The notes below the pieces were generated by a model. That model was not told the DNA's origin. It ran no database searches and saw nothing but the letters and a program-made list of their open reading frames with translations. Shown here one piece after another: positions 35,928 to 45,801 of a stretch of 64,000 bases of DNA. Location: the NCBI GenBank assembly GCA_023426345.1, contig JAFAAX010000006.1, positions 35,883 to 99,882 on the forward strand, given 5' to 3'. The DNA comes from Actinomycetes bacterium (lineage in GTDB: Bacteria; Actinomycetota; Actinomycetes; Actinomycetales; Actinomycetaceae). The position numbers and the translations under genes were made by a program. Within the stretch, counting starts at the first letter, position 1. Every line of letters begins with the position of its first letter.

Positions 35928-38732
35928 TCACCGGGGGGCGAGCGCCACCGGGCGCATCGCGATGGTCCCCGCCCGGTCGGAGGCCGCCACGTCGATCAGC
36001 ATGATCAGCCGCCAGTCCATGTCGCCGGCGGGATCGACGAGGGTCTGCGCCGCCAGCCAATACCGTCCCGCCGGCGCCTCCTCCACCCGCGCGATGTCCG
36101 CGGCCTGGGCCCCGGCCTCCACCAGATCGACCCGCGTCGGTGCCTCCTCCACATGGACGAGGGCGCCCGCCCGGGCCCGTTGGTCGATCCCGATCCAGTC
36201 GTGCTCGGCCCAGTAGCGGCCGAGCGCCTGCTCCCAGCGCTCCTCCGGCCAGCCGCCGTCCTCCGCCGGGCCGTCCGCCCGCGCCAGGCCCTCGACGTCG
36301 TCGCGGCTGAGCAGCTCCACGCGCCGGAACAGGGCGGTGCGGATCGCCGTGCGGAAGGCATGGCGGTTGGCGGAGAAGGCGACCGTCCCGTCCTCGTCCG
36401 CCCCGAAGGCGAGCTCGGTGCCGGTGGCGCCCGCGGCGTCGCCCAGGGCCTGCGGCGTCCCGGCCGCCAGCGCCTCCCACTCGTCGAGCAGCGAGGAGTC
36501 GACGGAGCGGATCAGCGCGCCCAGCCACTCGATGATGGCGCGGACCTCCTCGGTCTGGGCGGCGTCGGGAACGATCTGGCGCAAGGACCTGTACGCATCG
36601 GTGAGATAGCGCAGGATGACGCCCTCGGAGCGCCCGACGTCGTAGCGGGAGACCAGCTCCGTGAAGGTCTGGGCGTTCTCGACCATCTCGCGGACGACGG
36701 ACTTGGGGGAGATCTCGAGATCGCCGACCCAGGGATTCGAGCGCACGTACACGGAGAACGCGCCCTCGAGGAGCTCCTCCAGCGGGCGCGGCCAGGTGAC
36801 GTCGTCGAGGCGGGCGATGCGTTCGTCGTAGTCGAGCCCCTCGGCCTTCATGGCGGCCATCGCCTGGTCGCGGGCGACCCGCTGCTGGGCGTAGAGCAGC
36901 GGGCGGGGGTCCTCCAGCACCGCCTCGACGACGCTGACGACGTCGAGGGAGTACGTCGGCGACTCCGGGTCCAGCAGGTCCATCGCGGCCAGCGCGAAGG
37001 GCGACAGGGGTTGGTTGAGCGCGAAGTCGTCCGGGAGATCGGCGACCAGGCGCAGGCGCGGCAGCCCATCCGCCCGGGACTGCGCGGTCGAGGCGTGCTC
37101 GACGACGCCCGCCTGGCGCATCGACTGGTAGATCTCCGCCAGTCGGCGCAGGTGGGGGTTCGTGTCCCGCGGGGGATCGTCGTTGCGGGTGGCCAGGAAC
37201 AGGAGATGCTCGGCGGGGTCGCGGAGGACCGCCGGCCAGGGCGTCCCCGGCTTGCCCGGGCGCCTGCCCACGACGCCGGTCGGGGCGGCGGGCAGGGCAG
37301 CGGTCGGGGCGGCGGGGGCGGTGGCGGTGGCGGTGCCCGCGAGGACGTTGAGGACCATCGAATGTGTGATCGCGAAACGGGACGTGAGCTGCTCGGGGGC
37401 GGCGTCGCGGAGGCGCTCGAAGGTGGAGCGCGTCCACGTGATCTGACCCTTCTCGGGCGCGCGCGTGGTGCTGCCGCGCTTCTTGGCCTTCTTCGCGACG
37501 CGGCGGGCCTCGCGCTCGTCGCGGGCGCTCTCCTCGGCGGCGGACAGGCGCGCGCGGGCGCGGGCGTTCTCCACCTCGTGGCTGGGGGCCAGGACCCGGA
37601 CGAAGCCCACCAGGTCGAAGCCCGCGCGCCCGGCCCGCCCCGCGATCTGGTGGAATTCGCGGGCCGAGAGGTGGCGCATCCGCTCCCCGTCGTACTTGAC
37701 CAGGGAGGTGAGCAGGACCGTGCGGATGGGAACGTTGATCCCCACCCCCAGCGTGTCCGTCCCGCACACGATGGCGAGCAGCCCCTGCTGGGTGAGGCGC
37801 TCGACCAGGCGGCGGTAGCGCGGGAGCATGCCCGCGTGGTGGACGCCGATGCCCTGGGCCAGCAGGTGGCGCAGGGTCTGGCCGAAGCCGCGGCTGAAGG
37901 GGACCGCGGCCAGCGCGGCGGCGATCCGCTTCTTCTGGTCGTCGTCGATGAGGGGGCGCCGGTCGAAGGACTGGGCGGTCTCCACGGCGTCGCGCTGGGC
38001 GAAATGGACGATGTAGATCGGCCACCGACCCTCCGCCAGCAGGCGCTCGACGGTGTCGTGGACGTCGTCGACGACGTAGTCGAACTCCAGGGGGACGGGA
38101 CGCTCGGCGTCGTCGATGAGCGCGACGTCGCGCCCGGTGCGCTCCTCCCATTGGCGCTGGAAGCGCGCCGTGTCGCCCAGCGTCGCCGACATCGCGATGA
38201 ACTGCGGAGCGGTGAGCTCCAGGAGCGGCACCTGCCACGCCCAGCCGCGCTGGGGGTCCCCGTAGAAGTGGAACTCGTCCATGATGACCATGTCCGCGTC
38301 CAGGGCGGCGCCCTCGCGCAGGGACTGGTTGGCCAGGATCTCGGCCGTGCAGCAGATGATCGGGGCATCCGTGTTGAGCGAGACGTCGCCGGTGACCATG
38401 CCGACGTTGTCCGCGCCGAACAGGGCCACCAGATCGAAGAACTTCTCCGAGACCAGGGCCTTCAGCGGCGCCGTGTAGTAGGAACGGCCCCCGTGGGCCA
38501 GCGACACGAAGTGCGCCGCCAGGGCGATCATCGACTTGCCCGAGCCCGTCGGGGTGGCGGCGATGACGTGGTTTCCGGCGAGGATCTCCAGGAGCGCCTC
38601 CTCCTGGTGGGGGTACAGCGGGCGCCCGCCGGCCTCGGCCCAGCCGGTGAACGCCTCGTAGAGGGCGTCGTCGTTGGTGAGCTGCCCCGCGTCCTCGAGG
38701 TCGTCCAGCAGGTCGTTGAGCATCGCCGTCAT
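35928..38732 (-). CDS. Ski2-like DEAD/DEAH helicase (DUF3516-type)
   Basis: PTGSGKS, APLKAL, MDEFH, MSAT, HHAG, QIAGRAGR. Confidence 0.9.
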   Translation of the reverse strand: MTAMLNDLLDDLEDAGQLTNDDALYEAFTGWAEAGGRPLYPHQEEALLEILAGNHVIAATPTGSGKSMIALAAHFVSLAHGGRSYYTAPLKALVSEKFFDLVALFGADNVGMVTGDVSLNTDAPIICCTAEILANQSLREGAALDADMVIMDEFHFYGDPQRGWAWQVPLLELTAPQFIAMSATLGDTARFQRQWEERTGRDVALIDDAERPVPLEFDYVVDDVHDTVERLLAEGRWPIYIVHFAQRDAVETAQSFDRRPLIDDDQKKRIAAALAAVPFSRGFGQTLRHLLAQGIGVHHAGMLPRYRRLVERLTQQGLLAIVCGTDTLGVGINVPIRTVLLTSLVKYDGERMRHLSAREFHQIAGRAGRAGFDLVGFVRVLAPSHEVENARARARLSAAEESARDEREARRVAKKAKKRGSTTRAPEKGQITWTRSTFERLRDAAPEQLTSRFAITHSMVLNVLAGTATATAPAAPTAALPAAPTGVVGRRPGKPGTPWPAVLRDPAEHLLFLATRNDDPPRDTNPHLRRLAEIYQSMRQAGVVEHASTAQSRADGLPRLRLVADLPDDFALNQPLSPFALAAMDLLDPESPTYSLDVVSVVEAVLEDPRPLLYAQQRVARDQAMAAMKAEGLDYDERIARLDDVTWPRPLEELLEGAFSVYVRSNPWVGDLEISPKSVVREMVENAQTFTELVSRYDVGRSEGVILRYLTDAYRSLRQIVPDAAQTEEVRAIIEWLGALIRSVDSSLLDEWEALAAGTPQALGDAAGATGTELAFGADEDGTVAFSANRHAFRTAIRTALFRRVELLSRDDVEGLARADGPAEDGGWPEERWEQALGRYWAEHDWIGIDQRARAGALVHVEEAPTRVDLVEAGAQAADIARVEEAPAGRYWLAAQTLVDPAGDMDWRLIMLIDVAASDRAGTIAMRPVALAPR

Positions 38733-39011
38733 GGGGCGATTGTCCCATCCCGGGGTGGGGCGGGTCGAAGCCCGCCCCCGCATCCCCGCGAGATCCGCCC
38801 ATCGGGGGGCGCGCGGATGACGGTCAGCCGGTCAGCCGTTCATCGCGTCCTGAGCGCGACCCTCAGCGGCCTTCGGCGCGGGAATCGCCTCGAAACGCGG
38901 ACTGAGTGCGGCATCCGGGGCGGACTCCGGTCTGCATCGGCGGCAGGGAAGAGCAGAGGCTCCACACCGAGCCGGGTTCGGGGACCGGCGGTCCTGACGT
39001 AGCCTGGGCCC

Positions 39012-39788
39012 ATGCGAATCGTGCGCTTCTCCCTTGATGACGTCATCCGCTACGGCGCGCTGGACGATGCGTCCGAGAACATCGTGGCCCTGCGGGGCGA
39101 CCCTCTGTTCGCGCCGGTCGAGCCCTCGGGCCAGGTCTTCGAACTCGAGGACGTCCGCCTGCTCTCCCCGGTGATCCCCCGGTCGAAGGTAGTGGGCGTC
39201 GGCAAGAACTACGCCGACCACGCGCGCGAGATGGGCGGGGAGGCCCCCGACCATCCGATCCTGTTCCTCAAGCCGAACACGGCTGTGATCGGCCCCGACG
39301 ATCCGATCGTCCTGCCGGACTGGTCGGACGAGGTCCACCACGAGGCCGAGCTGGCCGTCGTCATCAAGACGCTGGCCAAGGACGTGTCCGTCGACCGCGT
39401 CGACGAGGTCGTCCTGGGCTACACGTGCGCCAACGACGTCTCCGCGCGCGACGCCCAGCGCGCCGACGGCCAGTGGACCCGCGCCAAGGGGTTCGACACC
39501 TCCTGCCCGCTGGGCCCGTGGATCGAGGTCGATCCCGACCTCGACGTCGCGGATCTGCGCGTGAGCGCGACCGTCAACGGGGAGCTGCGCCAGTCCGACA
39601 CGACGGCCCACATGCTCACGCCCGTGCGCGACCTGGTCTCCTACATCTCGCGGGTCTTCACGCTGCTGCCCGGCGACGTCATCATCACGGGCACGCCCGC
39701 CGGCGTGGGCCCGATCGTCGCCGGGGACCGCGTGGACGTCTCCGTGTCGGGCATCGGGACGCTGTCCAACCCGGTCGTGCGCCGCTGA
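39012..39788 (+). CDS. Fumarylacetoacetate hydrolase family protein
   Basis: GKNYADH, FLKP, HEAELAVVI, NDVSARD, KGFDT, TGTPAGVG. Confidence 0.92.
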   Translation: MRIVRFSLDDVIRYGALDDASENIVALRGDPLFAPVEPSGQVFELEDVRLLSPVIPRSKVVGVGKNYADHAREMGGEAPDHPILFLKPNTAVIGPDDPIVLPDWSDEVHHEAELAVVIKTLAKDVSVDRVDEVVLGYTCANDVSARDAQRADGQWTRAKGFDTSCPLGPWIEVDPDLDVADLRVSATVNGELRQSDTTAHMLTPVRDLVSYISRVFTLLPGDVIITGTPAGVGPIVAGDRVDVSVSGIGTLSNPVVRR

Positions 39789-39877
39789 CGGGGACGCCCC
39801 GGTCGACGCGTCCGAAAAGTCCGGAATCGGAGAACGGCGCGGGTACGCTCAGACCACCCATCCCAACAGGAGGAAAC

Positions 39878-41392
39878 ATGAGCACAGCGGGTGCGGCCCA
39901 GCCTGCCGCGGAACCCCAGGGCGGTCTGGCCGTCGAGATGGCCGGACTGGACGTCATCCCCGAGTCCGACCGCAAGGGGAAACCCTCCGATCTGTTCATG
40001 CCGTGGTTCGCGGCCAACATCTCCGTACTGGGCCTGTCGTGGGGCGCGTGGGTGCTGGGCTTCGGCATCTCGTTCTGGCAGGCCGTCATCGCCAGCGTCA
40101 TCGGCGTCGTGCTGTCCTTCCTCGCCTGCGGACTCATCGCCATCGCCGGCAAGCGCGGCTCGGCCCCCACGCTGGTCCTGTCCCGCGCCGCCTTCGGGTT
40201 CAACGGGAACCGCCTGTCCGCAGTGATCTCCTGGATCCTCACCGTCGGGTGGGAGACGTTCCTGTGCATCATGGCCGTCCAGGCCACGGCCACCGTCATG
40301 GGGGCGCTGGGCGTGCAGAACCACACGGCCGCGCAGATCATCGCCCTCATCCTGGTCGTGCTCATCGCCGCCGGATCAGGGATCCTCGGCTTCGACATGA
40401 TCATGAAGGTCCAGACGTGGATCACGTGGCTGACGGCGGCGCTCACGATTGTCTACCTCGTCCTCACCGTCCCGTCGATCGACTGGGGGACGGTCTCCGC
40501 GATCCCCGCCGGGTCCGCCACGGGCCTCATCGGCGCGCTGTGCATGCTGCTCGCCGGATTCGGGTTCGGCTGGATCAACGCGTCGGCCGACTACTCGCGC
40601 TACCTGCCCCGGTCGGCCTCCACCCGCGGCGTCGTCGGCTGGACGACGTTCGGAGCCGCGCTGCCCACCGTCATCCTGGTGCTCTTCGGTCTGCTGCTGG
40701 TCGGATCCGACTCCGCGCTGGGCGAGGCCATCAACCTCGATCCGATCGGCGCGCTCACGACGATCCTGCCCACCTGGTTCCTCATCCCCTTCGCGATCGT
40801 CGCGATCCTGGGGCTCATCGGCGGCATCGTGATGGACATCTACAGCTCGGGGCTGTCCCTGCTGTCGGCCGGCCTGCCCGTGGTGCGCCCCGTCGCCACC
40901 GCGATCGACGGCACGATCATGGTGATCGGCACCATCTGGGTGGTGTTCTTCGCCGATTCGTTCATCACGCCGTTCACCGGGTTTCTCACCACGCTGGGCG
41001 TCGTCATCGCCGCGTGGGGCGGTGTGATGCTGGCCGACATCCTCTTGCGCAAGCGCGACTACAACGAGCCCGACCTGTTCCGCAAGGAGGGGGTCTACGG
41101 CTCCGTCAACTGGGGCGCCGTGGTCTCGCTGCTGCTCGGCGCCTTCTTCGGCTGGGGCCTGGTGGTCAACTCCTCGGCGTCGTGGCTGAGCTGGCAGGGC
41201 TATCTGCTGGGTCCGGTCGGCGGGCGCGAGGGCGACTGGGCGTACTCGAACATCGGCATCCTCCTGGCGATGCTCGTCGGGTTCGTCGGCTACCTGGTGT
41301 CCTCCCGGGGCCGCGTGCGCGCGCAGGAGGCCGCCGGCGCCCGGACCTTCGAGGAGGCCGCCGCGTCGGGCGAGGAGGTCGAGCTCCGATGA
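39878..41392 (+). CDS. NCS1-family purine/cytosine permease
   Basis: WFAANIS, SRAAFG, ADYSRYLP, about 12 hydrophobic segments; RBS AGGAGG. Confidence 0.88.
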   Translation: MSTAGAAQPAAEPQGGLAVEMAGLDVIPESDRKGKPSDLFMPWFAANISVLGLSWGAWVLGFGISFWQAVIASVIGVVLSFLACGLIAIAGKRGSAPTLVLSRAAFGFNGNRLSAVISWILTVGWETFLCIMAVQATATVMGALGVQNHTAAQIIALILVVLIAAGSGILGFDMIMKVQTWITWLTAALTIVYLVLTVPSIDWGTVSAIPAGSATGLIGALCMLLAGFGFGWINASADYSRYLPRSASTRGVVGWTTFGAALPTVILVLFGLLLVGSDSALGEAINLDPIGALTTILPTWFLIPFAIVAILGLIGGIVMDIYSSGLSLLSAGLPVVRPVATAIDGTIMVIGTIWVVFFADSFITPFTGFLTTLGVVIAAWGGVMLADILLRKRDYNEPDLFRKEGVYGSVNWGAVVSLLLGAFFGWGLVVNSSASWLSWQGYLLGPVGGREGDWAYSNIGILLAMLVGFVGYLVSSRGRVRAQEAAGARTFEEAAASGEEVELR

Positions 41393-42192
41393 CGCCCGAT
41401 GAGTTCCCGGGCGCCCTGCTCACCGCCGAGTCCCACGAGGACGCCCGTGCCATCGCCCACCTCTCGGGCGTCGAGCATCACGACGCCGTCGTGGTCCTGG
41501 GCTCGGGCCTGGCGGGAGCGCTGGACGGCGCCTGGGGCGAGCCGCGCGCGCGGTTCCGCCTCTCCGACATCCCCGGCGTCCTGGAGCCCCGCGCCGACGG
41601 CCATATCGACGAGGTGCGCTCCTACGCGGTCTCCGGCCAGTGGGTCCTCGTGGCGCTCGGCCGCACCCACCTGTACGAGGGCGTCTCCGCCTCCCGGGTC
41701 ACGTCCTTCGTGCGGGCGGCCGCCGCCAGCGGGGCCACCCGGGCGATCCTGTGCAACGCCAACGGGTGCCTGAGGGACTGGTCGCTGGGCGATGTCGTGG
41801 CGATCGAGGACCACCTCAACTTCTCCGGGAGCTCGCCCTTCGATGGCACGGTGTTCCTCGACCCGTCCGGGACGTGGGACGCGGGGCTCACGGCGGCGCT
41901 CGCCGGCGTGTGCGAGCGCCGGGGCGTCTACGCGATCCTGCGTGGCCCCGAGTACCAGACGCGGGCGGAGACCCGCTGGCTGGCCTCGACGGGCGCGGAC
42001 GTCGTCGGGATGTCGACCGTCATGGAGGCGCTCACCCTGCATGCGCTGGGCGTGCGGGTGGCCGGCATGAGCGTGGTGTCGGATCTGTCGTTCGCCGAGG
42101 CGCCCACGGACCCCTCGGCCGTCGTGGAGGCCGCCGCCCGGGCGGGGGACACCGTGCGGCGCGGCATCGAGGCGGCGCTGGCCGCTGACTGA
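41389..42192 (+). CDS. Trimeric-family purine nucleoside phosphorylase, variant base-binding site
   Basis: VLGSGL, GRTHLYEG, DHLN, GPEYQT.AE, VGMSTV.E, SVVSD. Confidence 0.85.
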   Translation: MTPDEFPGALLTAESHEDARAIAHLSGVEHHDAVVVLGSGLAGALDGAWGEPRARFRLSDIPGVLEPRADGHIDEVRSYAVSGQWVLVALGRTHLYEGVSASRVTSFVRAAAASGATRAILCNANGCLRDWSLGDVVAIEDHLNFSGSSPFDGTVFLDPSGTWDAGLTAALAGVCERRGVYAILRGPEYQTRAETRWLASTGADVVGMSTVMEALTLHALGVRVAGMSVVSDLSFAEAPTDPSAVVEAAARAGDTVRRGIEAALAAD

Positions 42193-42319
42193 TCCGAGCC
42201 TGGCGGTTCCTCCCGTCGGAGAGCGTCATGACACGAGAACGCCGCGACCGATCGCGTGGGACGACCGAAAGCACCCTCTGCGGCCTGCCGTCATGCCGGT
42301 CGCAGGGGGTCCGTCCTCG

Positions 42320-43483
42320 TCAATGGGAGGCGACCAGGCCCAGGACGCCCTCGACGATCTGGTCGGCGACGGCGGGGGAGCACGCGAGGTTGAGGCGCGC
42401 CCACCGCGCATAGTCGGCGCCCAGAGTCGAGCCGTCGTTGGCGGCGATGCCGGCCTTGTCGCGCAGGAGGGTGGCGGGGGCGGCCCCGCCGGGCAGGCCG
42501 GCCCGCTCGAACCCCCACCACGTGAGGTACGTGGCCTGGGGGCGCACCAGGTCGATCCCGGTGCCCGCGACGGCCGACACCGCGCGGTCGATGTTGCCGA
42601 TGAGGACCTCGCGGACCTCGGACTGCCAGGCGTCGCCCTCGGCGAAGGCGGCGATGGTCCCCAGCGCGCCCAGGGTCGAGGCCTCATGGGCGATGCCGGT
42701 GCCGACCGCGCGATCCCACCGCTCGCGCAGGGCATCGTCGGGCAGAATCACCTGGCCGCACGGCAGGCCCGCGATGTTCCAGCCCTTCGAGGCGGCTGTG
42801 GCCGTCACCGTGTGCTCGGGGGCCACGCGCGCGTAGGAGAGGAAGGCGCCGGGATCGTCGAGGACCAGGGGGGAGTGGATCTCGTCGGCGAAGACCAGTG
42901 CGTCGTAGCCGGAGACGAGATCGTGGAGGTCGCGCAGCTCCTGCTCGCTGAGCACGCGGCCCGTCGGGTTCCACGGATCGCACAGGACGACCAGGCCCGC
43001 GCCCTGCTCGAGGCCCGCCCGGATGCCGTCGAGGTCCAGCGACCAGCCGCGCTCGCGGAGGGAGGGCACCTGGATCACGGGGTGCCCGTGCTGTTCGGGC
43101 AGGGTGAGGAACGGCATGTAGGCGGGGGTCGGGACGATGACCGGCGAGCCGGGGCGGATCAGATGGTCCATCGTGGCGTTGAGGGCGGGCAGGACGGATG
43201 CCACCAGACGGACGTGGTCGGGGTCCAGGTCCCAGCCGAAGCGGCGGCGCTGGAACTCGGCGAGCGACTCCGCGACCCGCTCGGGCAGCCACGTCGGCTG
43301 GTAGCCGAGCAGACCGTCGTCGATCGCGCGCTTCATCGCGTCGGCGACCGGGGGCGCGGTGGCGAAATCCATCTCCGCGACCCAGGCGCCCAGCGTCGGA
43401 CGCCCGTCCGAGGTCTGGATGCCCGTCCACTTGAGGCTTCCGGTGCGGCGCAGTTGGTCCGGGCTCGGCAGGAGGATCGTCAT
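42320..43483 (-). CDS. MalY/PatB-family PLP-dependent C-S lyase/aminotransferase
   Basis: SLKW, WVAEMDF, CDPWNPTG, DEIH, ASKGWNIAG, RLNLAC. Confidence 0.9.
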   Translation of the reverse strand: MTILLPSPDQLRRTGSLKWTGIQTSDGRPTLGAWVAEMDFATAPPVADAMKRAIDDGLLGYQPTWLPERVAESLAEFQRRRFGWDLDPDHVRLVASVLPALNATMDHLIRPGSPVIVPTPAYMPFLTLPEQHGHPVIQVPSLRERGWSLDLDGIRAGLEQGAGLVVLCDPWNPTGRVLSEQELRDLHDLVSGYDALVFADEIHSPLVLDDPGAFLSYARVAPEHTVTATAASKGWNIAGLPCGQVILPDDALRERWDRAVGTGIAHEASTLGALGTIAAFAEGDAWQSEVREVLIGNIDRAVSAVAGTGIDLVRPQATYLTWWGFERAGLPGGAAPATLLRDKAGIAANDGSTLGADYARWARLNLACSPAVADQIVEGVLGLVASH

Positions 43484-43645
43484 GGAATCAGGGTAGCCCG
43501 GCGCGTGGACGGACCGGTCTCGGTGTGCGGGATGGGCCAGGCCCGGCGTGGACGACGCACAGGGCCGGCGGGCGAGAGGCGGGCGAGGGGCAGAGACGTT
43601 CCGGGCCCCGGGGCGCCCTCGTCCGGGCGGTAAACTGGCCGCACT

Positions 43646-45151
43646 ATGACTGTCACCACTGCCACGGGCTCGGACATCCGCGTCCGCTTCTGCCCCTCGC
43701 CCACCGGGACCCCTCACGTCGGCATGGTCCGCACGTGCCTGTTCAACTGGGCGTACGCCCGCCACACGGGCGGCACCTTCGTGTTCCGTATCGAGGACAC
43801 GGACGCCGCGCGCGACTCTGAGGAGTCCTATCAGCAGATCCTGGAGTCCCTCCGGTGGCTCGGCCTGGACTGGGACGAGGGTGTGGAGAAGGGCGGGCCC
43901 CACGGCCCCTACCGGCAGTCCGAGCGCATGGACGTCTACCGCGGCGTCGCGCAGCGGCTGCTCGACGGCGGGTACGCCTACGAGTCGTTCTCCACCCCCG
44001 AGGAGGTCGAGGCCCGCCACCGCGCGCGCGGCGAGGACCCCAAGCTCGGCTACGACGGCTTCGACCGCGACCTCGCCCCCGAGCAGATCGCCGCCTACCG
44101 CGCCGAGGGCCGCCAGCCCGTCCTGCGCATGCGCATGCCGGATGAGGACATCGCCTTCGAGGACCTCATCCGCGGCGAGATCACCTTCGGCGCGGGCTCG
44201 GTGCCCGACTACGTGATCGTGCGCGCCAACGGCGATCCTCTGTACACGCTGGTCAACCCCGTCGACGACGCGCTGATGGAGATCACGCACGTCCTGCGCG
44301 GGGAGGATCTACTGTCCTCCACGCCGCGCCAGATCGTCCTCTACCGCGCGCTGGAGGACCTCGGGATCGCGCAGTTCATGCCGCGTTTCGGCCACCTCCC
44401 CTACGTCATGGGCGAGGGCAACAAGAAGCTCTCCAAGCGCGACCCCGAGTCGAACCTGCTCCTGCACAAGCAGAAGGGCATGGTCGCGGAGGGCCTGCTC
44501 AACTACCTCGCGCTGCTCGGCTGGTCGATCGCCCCGGACCGCGACGTCTTCTCCATGGAGGAGATGGTCCAGGCCTTCGACATCGCCGACGTGAACCCGA
44601 ACCCCGCCCGCTTCGACCAGAAGAAGTGCACGGCCATCAACGCCGAGCACATCCGCCTGCTGGCACCGGAGGACTTCCGCGGCCGGATCGTCCCGTTCCT
44701 CCACGCCGAGGGCCTGGTCTCGGCCGCCTCCTTCGGGGAGCTCACCGCCCACGAGCAGTCCGTGCTGACGGCGGCCGCGCCGCTCATCCAGACGCGCATC
44801 CAGCTGCTCGGCGAGGCCCCGGGCATGCTCGGCTTCCTCTTCGCAGAGGACGGCGCGCTGGAGCTCGACGAGCCCTCCGTCGCGAAGCTCAAGGACAACG
44901 CCGCCGACGTGCTGGACGCCGCGATCCCCGTGGTCGAGGGCGCCGCCTCGTTCGCGGCCGCCGACCTGGAGGCCGCGCTGCGCGCCGCCATCGTGGACGG
45001 CATGGGCATCAAGCCGCGCCTGGCCTTCGGCCCGCTGCGGGTGGCGGTGACGGGCCGCCAGGTGTCCCCCCCGCTGTTCGAGTCGATGGAGATCCTGGGC
45101 CGGGAGTCCTCGCTGGCCCGTCTGCGCGCTCTGCGGTCCCGTCTGGGATAG
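43646..45151 (+). CDS. gltX: Glutamate--tRNA ligase
   Basis: [31 protein letters not shown]. Confidence 0.97.
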   Translation: MTVTTATGSDIRVRFCPSPTGTPHVGMVRTCLFNWAYARHTGGTFVFRIEDTDAARDSEESYQQILESLRWLGLDWDEGVEKGGPHGPYRQSERMDVYRGVAQRLLDGGYAYESFSTPEEVEARHRARGEDPKLGYDGFDRDLAPEQIAAYRAEGRQPVLRMRMPDEDIAFEDLIRGEITFGAGSVPDYVIVRANGDPLYTLVNPVDDALMEITHVLRGEDLLSSTPRQIVLYRALEDLGIAQFMPRFGHLPYVMGEGNKKLSKRDPESNLLLHKQKGMVAEGLLNYLALLGWSIAPDRDVFSMEEMVQAFDIADVNPNPARFDQKKCTAINAEHIRLLAPEDFRGRIVPFLHAEGLVSAASFGELTAHEQSVLTAAAPLIQTRIQLLGEAPGMLGFLFAEDGALELDEPSVAKLKDNAADVLDAAIPVVEGAASFAAADLEAALRAAIVDGMGIKPRLAFGPLRVAVTGRQVSPPLFESMEILGRESSLARLRALRSRLG

Positions 45152-45162
45152 CCCCCACCCCC

Positions 45163-45250
45163 GACGAGGGCGTCCCCGGCCCGTCCGGTCCGCAGATCCA
45201 CCGATCGGACGGGCGGGCGCGCCGGCGGAGCCGGCGCCGTCCTCGTCGAT
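45163..45250. repeat. ~88-bp element bounded by inverted GACGAGGRCG motifs
   Basis: GACGAGGGCG ... CCGGCGGAGCCGGCGCCGTCCTCGTCGAT; 45230-45250 recurs exactly, inverted, at 57390-57410. Confidence 0.8.
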
Positions 45251-45375
45251 GGGCATTCCCGGAACGGGCCGCGCGCGTGGGGATCGTCACGGTGCGATGA
45301 TTTTGCCCGGAGGAAGGGGAGCGGGTAATCTCTTGTCCTGTCGCCGACGGCGCTCCGCCGGAGGGGACGACACCA

Positions 45376-45447
45376 TGGGGTATGGTGTAATTGGCAGCAC
45401 GAGTGATTCTGGTTCACTTAGTCTAGGTTCGAGTCCTGGTACCCCAG
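45376..45447 (+). tRNA. tRNA-Gln(CTG)
   Basis: Acceptor TGGGGTA/TACCCCA, anticodon loop TTCTGGT, GGTTCGAGTCC; no encoded CCA. Confidence 0.95.
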
Positions 45448-45483
45448 CGAAGGCCGATCGGTGATCCGACCGGCATTCTTCTT

Positions 45484-45559
45484 GCCCCCATCGTCTAGCG
45501 GCCCAGGACGTCGCCCTCTCACGGCGCAAACACCGGTTCAAATCCGGTTGGGGGTACCA
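45484..45559 (+). tRNA. tRNA-Glu(CTC), copy 1
   Basis: GCCCCCA/TGGGGGT, loop CTCTCAC, GGTTCAAATCC, encoded CCA. Confidence 0.95.
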
Positions 45560-45608
45560 CTGCCGGGCCTCCCGGCAGACAAACGCCCGGCGTCGTCCGG
45601 GCCATAGC

Positions 45609-45684
45609 GCCCCCATCGTCTAGCGGCCCAGGACGTCGCCCTCTCACGGCGCAAACACCGGTTCAAATCCGGTTGGGGGTACCA
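45609..45684 (+). tRNA. tRNA-Glu(CTC), copy 2 (identical)
   Basis: Identical to 45484-45559. Confidence 0.95.
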
Positions 45685-45689
45685 GCGCA

Positions 45690-45725
45690 GAGCGGGGACG
45701 GATCCATGCGGACCCGTCCCCGCTC
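45690..45725. terminator. Hairpin after the tRNA cluster
   Basis: GAGCGGGGACGG / CCGTCCCCGCTC 12-bp stem between convergent units. Confidence 0.65.
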
Positions 45726-45801
45726 CGTCATTCCCGAGGACAGCGCGCCGCCCGGGGCGCGCGGGCGTCCCCGACCCGGTTTCGCGGGTTCGCGGAGGGG
45801 A

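Noticed and set aside
45609..45684. Second tRNA-Glu as an att duplication of an island
   Set aside because: It is a full-length copy 49 bp from the first, there is no integrase, and tandem Gln-Glu-Glu after gltX is ordinary in Actinobacteria.
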